Of a stretch of 50,298 nucleotides of DNA, positions 36,239 to 47,984 are shown piece by piece. The notes beneath the pieces were generated by a model. That model was given only the letters and a program-made list of their open reading frames with translations. It did not search any database and had not been told where the DNA came from. The translations under genes were made by a program, and so were the position numbers. Source of the stretch: Seison nebaliae (lineage: Eukaryota). The stretch covers positions 1 to 50,298 of the forward strand of contig JALJEE010002890.1 in assembly GCA_023231475.1 (NCBI GenBank). Direction: 5' to 3'. Within the stretch, counting starts at the first letter, position 1; the number at the start of each line of letters is the position of its first letter.

Positions 36239-39187
36239 TTAACTTTTATCTTTCTTCAATTTCAGTTTTTTTTCTTTGTTATCATAAGTATTTTTGGGAT
36301 AATTATAATGTTCAGTGATAGGATTTGGAGGAATATAAGGCAAATTTGGTCCATTTCGATAATGTTCTCGATGTAATTTATTAGCGAATTTTGGATAGAT
36401 AGGTATCTTCTCTTTCTCTTTATCGTCATAATTAAATATCATTCTATTCAATTTAACGCGTTGGAAATGACGATAATCTTCATCCGTCATATTTGGCTTC
36501 TCTTTCACCGTCGTTATGGCAACATTCCTCACATCGTTTATTGTAATAACATTCATTGTTGGTTGATAATTTTTAGCCGAAGTTATAATGGCTGATCGAT
36601 GTTTCATATGAGTTTCCAACGGTCTTTCTGTTATCGGTGTAGTTGGTAATGAAATATTTTCAGTTATTGTTGTTGTAATTGGTCTTTTCTTTATTGGTAC
36701 TGTCGTATCCAATATAGTCAACGGATGACCATTAATTCCATCACTTAATCTTTTATTATCAAAAATATTATTCTGATTGTTGTTGTTGTTGTTTGATTGA
36801 TAGTTACTTACAAACATTTTCTTCTCGTTCGAATAAGTTAAACGATTTCGTGGTCGATGTTTACCATCGATCTGCAATGACGATATATCACTCAATTGTT
36901 GTTTTTTGCGATTGGAAAAAAAATTGGGGACATTCATCGATTTTCGAGAGTTTCCGTCTTTTCTCCTTAAAAGATTTCTCGATTTGATAGTATCACTTAG
37001 TTCTTGTGATTTACCTGAACTAATAACGGAGAATAAAGGTAATTTAGGTGTCACAAAATTAATATTTTTCGATCGATTCGCTTTTCTTATAATATCGGAA
37101 TAAATACTCGACACCTTCTTACCCGAAGTTCCAGTTGAATCTCTTTTTTGTCTAATTTCCGTTTTATTATTTCGTTCCTGATGGTTCGTTTCCAAAATAG
37201 GTTGTTGCTGTTGTTGCCTCTGTTCGATTTTGTTTCTCAATATTCGATGATGATGATTCGGGTTATCATTATTGTTCTTAATATAATGATGATTAAAATT
37301 TATAGATTTTCTTTCATCATTTTCTTTCATTTCCATCACCGATGATTCTTGAGAATTGGCATTCGAGTAAATAATATTATTCTTCCTTATCGCCGTTGTA
37401 ACAATTGGAGTCGATTTACTATTTGTTGCCATAGTAGTTGGATGGATTATCGTTGTAATTTTCGATGCAGCGGTAGGTATTACTGATGATTTAGAAACAT
37501 AATCCGATGATGTTACAGATGTCGATATCGGATGATTAACATTATTATTTTGAAAAATTGTGGTTGTTATTGGTGTTGGTTTGGTTGTTGTTGTGGGAGG
37601 AGAAGGAGGAGGAGGAGGAGGTTGAGGGATAGAAGATTGTTGCAGTTTATTCAAATTGAAATGATTCCGACGAAATGTTTTCATTCGACTGGTCGTCGTA
37701 TGTGGAAAATTCATGGAAATTTTAGGTAAATTGCTTCTCACATTAAATTTATCTTTATTGTTGTTGTTGCTATTGTTCATTGAAGATTTTGGTGGAGACG
37801 TGTACGTCAAATCCTTCATGTTGATATCATAATGTTTGAATGTTTTCGGCTCCATTGCATGACCAGCTTGTCGGATCGAATGAGAACAATAATGATTTTT
37901 ATGATTATCCTCCGTATTCTGATTTAATTGTGTATTGATTAAACGATCAATATTAGTTAAAGTTGATGCGTTCGTTGATGTCATTGTAGTTGGATGTGTA
38001 GTGGAGGAGATTGAGGAAGGCCAATTGACGGTGGAGTTCTCTTTAGACTTATTCAAATTAATCATTTTCATCTCTTCCTGTATATCGTTAATCTTATTCA
38101 AATCACCTTGTATCTTTTTCAATTCATAATTATTCGATCTCATTCTTCTTCTTCCTTCATCATCTTCCAAAATATTTTTTATAAACAAATCTTGGTCATC
38201 GACATAGTTTAATGAATTATTAATTCCATCCTTCCTCAAATGACCTTTCTTCAATAATATTCTTTTATTTTCAATAATATTTTTATCGATATTATTCTTA
38301 TTCGTCAGATGTCTAGATGGAGGCACATAATACAAAGTATTCATTGACATATATTTATAGAGCGGTTGTGAATTATTATGATAAGTATTCGTATTATAAT
38401 AATTATCATCCACCGATCTCAATTTGTTATCAGGCGTCTCATTGACATGTGATAAGGTACCAGGATATCTATCGTTCTCTATTTGATTCATAAGATAACA
38501 TGATTGTGCTCGTTTTCTTAAATTACTCCGGTTAAATCGACCGCTATTAGGAAATCGTTTCATTTTCACTTTCCCATTATCATCGTTTATTAAATTTGAT
38601 TTCTTTAATTGGATTGTTTGATATCCATTCGACGATAAAGGTGATGACGTTGTTGTTGTTGTAGGGGTCGTATCAGTTGTTGATGAGACTTCGATTAATG
38701 GATCAATAAATTTTCCTTCCAACACTTCATTCTCGTCACCATCGTTCAGAAAATGTTTTCGATGTCCTCGACGAAAGATAATTGAATAAGGTGTCGATTG
38801 TAATTTTGACGAGTCGTTATGTTGTGAATTATTCGAACTGATAAAAGAATTGTCACTGCGTTTACGTTGATAAATCGTTCGAATAGGTGATCGCATTGGT
38901 CGATAAGAATTTCCTAGTTTTCTAGTTGATGCAATCTTTTTAGAATGAGATTGTTTAGATGGATATCTTTTCGAATAGACTTTTTCCAGTTTGTTTCTAT
39001 TAATATTTCTATATAAATTATTATTATTGTTGTTCCTATTTGGGTTGTTGCTCGTATCGTGATTCGTGTAAATGATTAATTGGGGCTCATTCAACTTATT
39101 AAAATGTGAGAAATTTTTATGATGTTCAAATGCAGAATAAGTTGAATAATTGTGACGTCGTTGTTCTGGTTGGGGAAGATACGCCAT
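36239..39187 (-). CDS. Uncharacterised 982-aa low-complexity (N/S/T/K/Q-rich) protein, predicted disordered
   Basis: Uninterrupted 2.9-kb ATG-initiated ORF in AT-rich DNA with poly-N, poly-T, poly-P and poly-Q tracts; no domain recognised. Confidence 0.8.
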   Translation of the reverse strand: MAYLPQPEQRRHNYSTYSAFEHHKNFSHFNKLNEPQLIIYTNHDTSNNPNRNNNNNNLYRNINRNKLEKVYSKRYPSKQSHSKKIASTRKLGNSYRPMRSPIRTIYQRKRSDNSFISSNNSQHNDSSKLQSTPYSIIFRRGHRKHFLNDGDENEVLEGKFIDPLIEVSSTTDTTPTTTTTSSPLSSNGYQTIQLKKSNLINDDNGKVKMKRFPNSGRFNRSNLRKRAQSCYLMNQIENDRYPGTLSHVNETPDNKLRSVDDNYYNTNTYHNNSQPLYKYMSMNTLYYVPPSRHLTNKNNIDKNIIENKRILLKKGHLRKDGINNSLNYVDDQDLFIKNILEDDEGRRRMRSNNYELKKIQGDLNKINDIQEEMKMINLNKSKENSTVNWPSSISSTTHPTTMTSTNASTLTNIDRLINTQLNQNTEDNHKNHYCSHSIRQAGHAMEPKTFKHYDINMKDLTYTSPPKSSMNNSNNNNKDKFNVRSNLPKISMNFPHTTTSRMKTFRRNHFNLNKLQQSSIPQPPPPPPSPPTTTTKPTPITTTIFQNNNVNHPISTSVTSSDYVSKSSVIPTAASKITTIIHPTTMATNSKSTPIVTTAIRKNNIIYSNANSQESSVMEMKENDERKSINFNHHYIKNNNDNPNHHHRILRNKIEQRQQQQQPILETNHQERNNKTEIRQKRDSTGTSGKKVSSIYSDIIRKANRSKNINFVTPKLPLFSVISSGKSQELSDTIKSRNLLRRKDGNSRKSMNVPNFFSNRKKQQLSDISSLQIDGKHRPRNRLTYSNEKKMFVSNYQSNNNNNNQNNIFDNKRLSDGINGHPLTILDTTVPIKKRPITTTITENISLPTTPITERPLETHMKHRSAIITSAKNYQPTMNVITINDVRNVAITTVKEKPNMTDEDYRHFQRVKLNRMIFNYDDKEKEKIPIYPKFANKLHREHYRNGPNLPYIPPNPITEHYNYPKNTYDNKEKKLKLKKDKS

Positions 39188-41097
39188 CGTTGTAGTCAGA
39201 AATTGGGAAGAAATGCGTTAGCGAATAACTATAACGATCACCTTGAATTAAAAATATTCATCATTATCATTAGTAGAAAACTAATTTTATATCGAATAAT
39301 CAATTATATATTTCTACAAAATTCTTAAGATTATTACTTCTATTCCTCCAACTCATATAAATATCAACCATCAATTTCATTCATCAACTTCTTCTTAAGA
39401 GAACTGATATCACTTTCAAATTCATCATAAAAGAAAAATTAATAATTTCATCATAATATTTCAACATTCTCTTTCCTTTCCCACTTTCACTATTCTATTG
39501 TTGTCGATTTATAATTCGACTTAACTAAAATTATTTTCCAACTTTATTACTAAATAATTAGAAATCGATTAAACTATATTGAAATTACAATAGGACATAA
39601 ATATAGATGTCTTTAATTGAACTGACTTTGAAAGATAGAACATGAAGAGCATTGAATGCTCTTGAGAACAATTAATTGGAATTAAACGAACACGATAACT
39701 ACTTCCCAATCTCAATCGATCAATCTTATCCAATTTGCTATTGTTCTTGTTCAATCTTGTTCAATTAGGATTCAATTCAAATAATCAAATCTTCATTTGA
39801 GATAGACAATTCGTTTTTTGAAATAGTTGAGAAAGTGTTCTTTGAATTGAATATAAATGAAATGTGAACCTGCAACAAAGTAAATTAGTCTATTCAAATA
39901 ATCGAAAAACAATGTCAAATTGAATGAACATTCGTTAAAGTAATTTCAGTTGTCAAAATGAAGAATTGTATTCAGAGAAATAAATTGTAAAGAATACGAT
40001 TTGAAATGAAAGATTTGAGTCTTTCAAGAAAGTTAACCTTCTTTAATTGGGAAACTTCCGTATGTAATACATGAAGATTTTTCTTATTCTTCTTCTTCGA
40101 TCAATTTAATTTGATATACATTATCTGTTGGATGAAGTGACATTGAAGAAAGTTTTTTCACGTTCGCCAATTACAGACAAGTGATGAATCAACACATCGA
40201 GTATGTATATTAAATTTCTTTCAATTTGATCAGTTGAAATTATGCAAATAATAGATTTTCGAAAATTGACTTTTTGTTTGAAACGGATTTGAATGTTCAA
40301 TATTTTAAAAACTATCTTGACTCCTAATCGACAGTTCACTCGAAAGTTATATCAATCTGTCAAGTGTGATAGTTGAATCTCCTTCTAATTGAATAATATA
40401 GTAGCCCGATAGATAAAGGTGAAGAAAATAAGATTAGAAAACTCAATAAAGGATTTGATTAAGATCGTTAACTTAGAAATGAGACTAGTTTTCGTGAATG
40501 GGTCTTTATGACATACGAAGGAAATGAAAAATTTCACAAAAAAAATTACCGGAAAATATTGTTTAAGTTAAATTTAGAGGAAACTGAATGGAGATAAGAA
40601 GAAAAGAGGTAGGGCGAATACGATTCAATATAATTTTAATAAATCAATAAGAGATTATAGAAGTTGTTGATGTGCAATGTATAGATGAATGGTTTGAATG
40701 AATTGAACTGATTTGAGAATAACAAGAATCATAATAATGATATTGGATAATATGATAATTAATTTACATAAAATGATAAATATGAAAGAAAGGGGAAATG
40801 ATAATTTGTTTTAGATGAAAACTTGAAAAGAAAATACAGAAGAAACAAAGAATGATGACCATTAAAATTATATGTCTATTCTTCCATTAAATATAATACA
40901 TATTTCATGTTGATTATAATTGCTTTCCTTTCACTATTCTTCTTGTTGTTGTTGCTGCTTTTTTTTCGTCGCTCTTCTTTATCATTTTTATCCATTGACC
41001 CTCCTCTTATTCATGTTCTTATTAGTCGTAGTAGTAATAGATAGTGATGGTCCGAGGTCGGAATTGTGGTGTCAGTTCCAAATTATCAGTGAAATTG

Positions 41098-43457
41098 CTA
41101 CACATCATTCAATGACTTCATGCCTCCTTTAGCAGGTAACAAAGTGGTAGACGATGAGGATGATGATGATGTTGTGGAAGAGGATGTTATTGGGACAAAT
41201 GATTTCATAATTGTCGTCGATTGTGCGATTGGAGAGGCAGTGTAATTGGAGAGTGTTGGATGAGTGTTGATTATTGTCCCATCACTAGCTGTGTTTATGA
41301 GTGAATCGTCAGATTCGACAGCATGCATCCGAACAGCAATCTTATTACGACTATTGAAACTCTCATACGGTTTCAATACGGCACATGAGCCAATGAACAT
41401 CGACTTAGTTGGTGGTGGTGCACTACTTTGTGGTATAGATGACGACGACGATAATGATGTATGTGAACTGGTGATGTGAGTTGATGGGGGATTGATTAGG
41501 TTGGAGGAGCCACCTGAAGAACGTGATAATGTCGAAGGAATATTAGTTATTGGACTAATTGGATTTGATGAGATATTGTTAGATATTCCGGTTGTCATTA
41601 TTGTAGTAGGAACTGATGGTTCATGTGTCGATGGAAAGGAAGATAAAGATAAATCATAATTCTGTTGAAATGGATGTTGATATTGATGAAACAAATGATT
41701 ATGTTGTTGTTGTCTTTGTTGTTCGAGAAATTGTTGTTGTTGATGTTCGGTTAAGAGTGAAGGTAATGGTTGTTGATTCACTAATATTTCTCCTCCATCA
41801 TTTACAAATGATTTCGTCATTAATTTATCGTTATTCCTTAAAATAGATTGATCAACAACTTCGACGGACGAATAACTCTTCTCGCCTAAAGCTTTTGAGG
41901 TAGTCGTTTGTTTCTTTGGTGATGTTGTCGATGTTGTTTCACTATTTGAGATCTTAAGTAGAGGTAATCGTTTTGGTTCTTGTCCATTGCCAGATAACGT
42001 TCGCGGTGATACCGACATGGATTGATGTATACTACTAGTTGATGCGATAGTTGTTACACATAAAGTGGAGCGTGCCATTGTATTCCGATTGAGTTGTCCT
42101 AAAGGAATCATCGATTGATCATTTGGCATCGTTGGCATTAATGCCGAAGATCGAGGTGAATTCTGTTTAGATTGAAATGACAATGTGGGTGCTATATTTA
42201 ATGTTTGAGCATTGGGCAACAAATTTCCAACGTCCGTTCCATCCAATATAGTTTCAATTTCTTGTTTGATACCTGTCGTCAATCGATTGACTATACGGAA
42301 GGCTTGCAGATTCTCATATAGTTGTTCGGCTGACGAAACACCCAACAGTGTACAATGAACCATTTCATTTTGGAGACACCAAGCTACAAGAAATATTTTT
42401 ATTAATTTCTCATTAATTATATTAAAAATGAAACCGATCGATAACTGAGAGAGTGTACACGATAATTTATCAGCAATCAATTGTAACTTACTCAATTTCG
42501 CTTGTTGTCGTTGTCCTTCTTCACTTAACAACTTCTCTTTCAACCATACACATCCTTTCAACGACGCACGGGAAAATAATGGAATACCATCTCGATATTT
42601 GCCTGTACAGATACCGGAGGCCAACGGACTCCAAGTAATGAGACCAATTCCTGAAAAGTTTTCTTTTAATGAATTTAATTATTTATTTTAATTGTTAAAC
42701 CAATTTTCGCTGTAATCTCAGGCAGAATATATTCGACTTTCTCTCGTCGAAATAAATTATATTCCACCTGCTCACAAATCGGAGCAATCAGATTGAACGT
42801 TCTTGCTACTGTATACGCTTCCATAATCTCGTTCGGTGACCATCTTGATGTGGCCCAATAGAGTGCCCAATTCTGGTTGATACAATGGGTAAATGCACGT
42901 ACTATCTCTTCCATCGGTGTATGAGAATCCAACTTATTTGCAAAGACGATATCAACATAATCTGATAATGAATTTATCAAAAAATAATCATAAACAATAT
43001 AAAGAAACCTAATTGGAGACGTTCGAGTGAACCACGCAATCCTTCAATAATATGTTTTCTGGAAAGTCCTTTTTCCGTTTCGGCTCTAAAGAAAATTTAA
43101 ATTTAAAAAATTTTAATTAAATAAAATCGAAACTTTCCACCCCAAAAGATTTTCGTAGTGACTATATAAGTTGATCTCTTCCACATTTTCTTTTTAAGAA
43201 TTTTCCCAAGAGCAATTTCTGCTTTTCCATTTGCATAAACTTCAGCTGTATCAAAAACATTGATGCCACTATCATAAGCTACAGTGACGATCTCTTCCGC
43301 CATCTCATCTGATATTTGTGCACCAAACGTCACCCAAGTACCCAAGCCTAACTGAGAAACCGGAAGACCACATCGACCCAGATGACTGAATGGAAAAGAG
43401 AGAATGGAAATTAATCGAATTAAAATGAAACCTATATTGCATTAATGTAGTCATCAT
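41098..43457 (-). CDS. KCNAB: Voltage-gated K+ channel beta subunit (aldo-keto reductase fold; Kv-beta/Hyperkinetic) with a ~380-aa C-terminal extension; start uncertain and upstream exons possible
   Basis: complement(join(41098..42383,42435..42650,42701..42961,43009..43085,43134..43385,43432..43457)) = 2118 nt, in frame. Motifs [58 protein letters not shown] and TWSPLASG. Confidence 0.95.
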
Positions 43458-46398
43458 TGGGAGTAGTTGCACATTAAACTTTTGAAAAGAAAATTTAAAA
43501 TTTGTCGTTGATTGAAATGATGAAGTTTTGGGTGAAGATTTATGGATTCTTCGATGATTAGACTTGATTAGAAGCAAGAAGAATAATGACAACGATGATG
43601 ATGATGATGATAGTAATAGTAGTAATAATAATAATGAATGAGATTCATTCTCTTACAAATTAGATTTCATTATAATTCTAATCAGTTCAATGAAGATGAA
43701 TGGACTAGAAAAGAAGAGATAGAAACTTTCTAATTTATTCCGATTCTATACCATTTCGTTGTGAGGAGTATGACGAATAGATGGTGAATGAAGGAGAAGA
43801 AATATAATTTAGTGGAATAAAATCAGAGTTCTTGAAATGAAATGAAATTTAATTTTATTATCGAGAAATCATAATTAAATTTTATTAATTTCACTTATTA
43901 TCTTTTCCAATATTAATCTTCTTTTTTTATATATTTATGCTATATCAATGTTTTTATTATAAATAATCTTCTTTTCTTCTATGATTGTGACTATTACATA
44001 AGTTTTTGTTGTACTTATTTGCTATATTGTCGGGTAGTAGTAATGGAAGTTATAATAATTTACTGCCGCCGATAATAATAGTAATGATAAGAATGAAAAT
44101 ATTTCATAGGTTTGGATCGTTGTATAATTCCATATACTTTCCAATGCTGTTATAGTTTATACTCTGTTTTTTTTTCTTTCGTCTTCCTCCTATCTAGTCG
44201 TTCATAGCACCATCATCATCCTCCTCATGATTATTATGATTATGATAATGTTATAGTAAATTGATATGAATTTGTTGGACTGGTATGTTCTCCTCTCATT
44301 CTCTATTGTTTCGTTCTGGCAGACTCTGTTTTCCTTTTTTTCTTTGGCTCTCGAAAGTGATAGAAGGTCAAATGCAAATCAAAAGAGGTTGCACTCCTTT
44401 GCCTTTTCGTTAGACATCGTCGACCCATGGCATCTTATTATGCGCATCTTCCTTTTTGTATTTCTCCTTCTTTCGGTTTCCTTTCTTTCCTTCTTCCTCC
44501 TCTTCTATTTTTCAATTCAATCTTTATTTGCTTCTCCCTTCCAATCTATTTATTCTGATGAATGACAGAAATGGGACGTTAATCAATAGTTGAATGATGT
44601 CATCCTTCCACCCCATTCTTTTACACGTTACATTAAATCATTTCAATATTATCGATCTTCTCATTCCAATCAATTAATTCGTCTTAAGTACAATAACGAT
44701 ACGAATCATCTATTCATCATTCCAACTTTCATTCCATCTACATCAATCAATTCCCAAATATATGTGATGGAATATCATTCATTTATCCTCTATCTCCTCC
44801 CTCCCACAACATACGACGATGAGACAATCGTCATTCTCACGAATGTTAGAGCAATATTGATAACATCCACAACACTTTATTTTCCATTATTCTCCAAACA
44901 TTTTTGATTTGAAGAGAAAGAAATCGACAATCCAATTATTCTTTCACTGTCATCAATATAATCTCCTCCTATTTAATCAGTTGATTGGCAGATGGAATGA
45001 TTAATCAATCATCGAATCATTCGAATTCCTATTCTAACCTTTCCATCATCTTCCTCGATCATACAACATTTGTTAATAATAGATATCTTGAGATATAGAT
45101 GGTAATATGGAATAATCATTTCGATGATATTTCACATAATCGAACAATTCTCTATTAAGTTACATATAGTACGTATAAAACTTATTAGAATTTAGCGGAT
45201 GTAATCTCATCAGAAATTTAGTTTGTCGAATAAGAATAATTTAAAAATAATATTCAATTTTCATGTAAAATAAATAATTCTTCAACTGCATAATACTTAC
45301 TGGAACAACAACAACAAAAGCGGCTGGTTTTTCTGTCGTTTAAAGATCTCATATTATTCGATGGAAGATGAACAATTGTTTGTGGGAAATTAATGGGAAG
45401 AGAATTAATGTAAAATATCGATAATCTCTTCTTTCCATTCTTCACAATTCATTTCATGTCATTAGTTATGTACAGTGGAGAAACATATGCGCTATAACTA
45501 AACTAATTTCTCTTCCGCAAACTCAATTATCTGGACATTGAATTTGAGGAAGAAGATAATGGGGGACTCTACGATCATCTCCCTAACTACTACCGCACTC
45601 ACATGGGATGGATGGACGATAAAATATGATGAGATCCATTCTTCGAATGCTGATGGACCTAATCGAAATAAATGTAATTCATTAATTATCGAAGAGAATA
45701 GATTGAATAGAAACTGATGCAATGATCTTTCCTTCCAAACAATCTTCCCTAATATACACTCCACTATCCAGTTATTTCTTTCGGTTTCCTATGTTCACAT
45801 GTAGATGAATGTCTATAATTCCGAACGAATAAGACTATCTGTAAAGCCTTTTACATCCCATCCATTCCCGACTTACCAAACACAATTACATAGAGCACAC
45901 ATACGGTTACATCTCCCAATCATTATTGTAGTGGTATATTCGTACTCGTTATTGTCGAAATGAGATTTATAGAAATTCAAGAAGGAAATCCAATATATAA
46001 TTTTAAGAAAACATCGAGTATACGTCGTTGGGAAACGAGTGCTCATCAATGACTATTATCCATCCATACAAATAGAGTCAACACATAAATCTATTTATTA
46101 TAACAATGTGTCCATGCAACCCTTTTGTTATTGCATTACCAAGGATGATAATAAAAATCATCATCATCATCGTATCATATAAATCGTATCACATTTAACA
46201 AGTAGTATGAGATGTGAGTGTGAAACATATACCATCCAACATCTACTGTACTCCATCATCTATATATCAATTTCTTTTAGTTACATATGTAAAAAAACTG
46301 AATATCTTCCAAATCAGTCCAGAATCATTTCTTTCATCAATTCTCATGTCCCCATATATATTTCCCATTGATTTCTCCACATACTAGATATTATTATT

Positions 46399-46422
46399 AT
46401 ATATATATATATATATATATAT
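46399..46422. repeat. (AT)n dinucleotide microsatellite
   Basis: About 12 AT units. Confidence 0.9.
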
Positions 46423-47923
46423 CTGCATACATCATTTACGTAAGCACATATGTTCTCCACTATCGTTTCTTCATTAAATATTCCACATAAAATTTTTGGA
46501 AATTCCATTCCTTCTTCTAAAATATGACAACAAACAATTTCTCTTCTTCCTAATATGCCACCATTTCGACCATCATTCACTCCCGACACATTCCTTTCTA
46601 ACACAACAAACTGGCGTTCTTCATCCAGTTCTATACTTTCTTCAAATCGTCCAAACAAATTCTTCGAGCTTCCTATGTTATCTCTCTGTGTCACGCACTT
46701 TTTAGATTAAATTGTCTTAATTTCGAACTTTCCCTTATTCCACCTTCCCTCTCATATCATATATATAATCACAAACAGCGATCTACCTATATATCTATAT
46801 ATTTATATACATGTCTCTATGTATGTATGCATTGTGTGTGCATACATATATGCACAAATCGTGCATTTCAAGTTCGCTCCAAATAATATCATATACATAA
46901 TATCATTCTCTTGTTGGTGACCTAAACTGCCCATTATTCCTCATATTTATATTGAACATTCTTTAACAAACATCACTGGTCCAGACATATTATCTAAGAA
47001 TTGGTGACAGCACAAAATTGATAACTCGTACATTCTACTTGATGCATCAATATTCGCTAATCGTCCATTTCCTCAACACATTCATAATGAAAGAATATTC
47101 TTTCCCATAAATTTGACATAATATTCCCTCGACAAATCACAGGTTGAAATTACCATTAACAAAATTATTATTCAAATTCTTTATTTCAATAGAAACTATT
47201 CATTTCGATTCCATGGAATTTATTCCAAGAAATACACAATTATATTAATCTCTCAAAATTAGATTTATGAAAATTATTTAAATTCTTCCACAAATCTCTC
47301 ATATTCATTCCACGGACCTCTTCCAATACATGTTATCACTCTCTCCTTTTAAATGACGAGCTTCCTCCTTTCTTTTGAGGTGTGTCACCATCACATTCCA
47401 ATGTGGACAAATCCTGAATTAATTTACAATTGTTAATCAAACAATTGCACCCCAAAGCATTCGCTTTGTCAGACTTTTAATTGGAAATATTCATAAAAGA
47501 AAACAAGTTTCTAGATATCAAATATTTTTTAAGTAAACAACTTTTATAATGTAGTTTCCTTCTCATAAATTTTGTATAAAATCAAAATATAATGTCATTA
47601 TCAAAATTAATTTAAATTCCAAATTGATCTAATTTGATGTTAACAAACCAAATTTGTAAATTTTGTTTTAAAAAAATTGTTGGATATTGTTAGAAAAATA
47701 AAATATTTTCAATGATCAAAAATAATGAAATAATGAGAAAATAAATTGATATTATAAGTCTGAAGAAAGAAAAAGATTTTAATTAAAAGAATGATAAAAA
47801 AACATCAAAAAATGCAGAAATTGCAATAATGAAAAATTAAATTTAAGCGTTCAAAATAATCAAAAAAAGAGATAATTCAATCTGCTTACTGTGTGTCGTG
47901 AGAGATATATATTATATATATAA

Positions 47924-47961
47924 CGCGAAATAGAATTAGGTCGAATTTGAAAGAATTTGAA
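47924..47961 (+). promoter_or_regulatory. Possible E2F-like (CGCGAAA) plus CHR-like (TTTGAA x2) cell-cycle promoter elements upstream of the TACC-like gene
   Basis: CGCGAAA at 47924-47930 and TTTGAA at 47946 and 47956, within about 60 bp of the ATG. These short motifs are common in AT-rich DNA. Confidence 0.25.
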
Positions 47962-47984
47962 TAATTTTCAAAAAAGATCTCAAG

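Noticed and set aside
44266..46705. Short ORFs upstream of KCNAB
   Set aside because: Low-complexity, no homology recognised, and not joinable in frame to KCNAB with confidence
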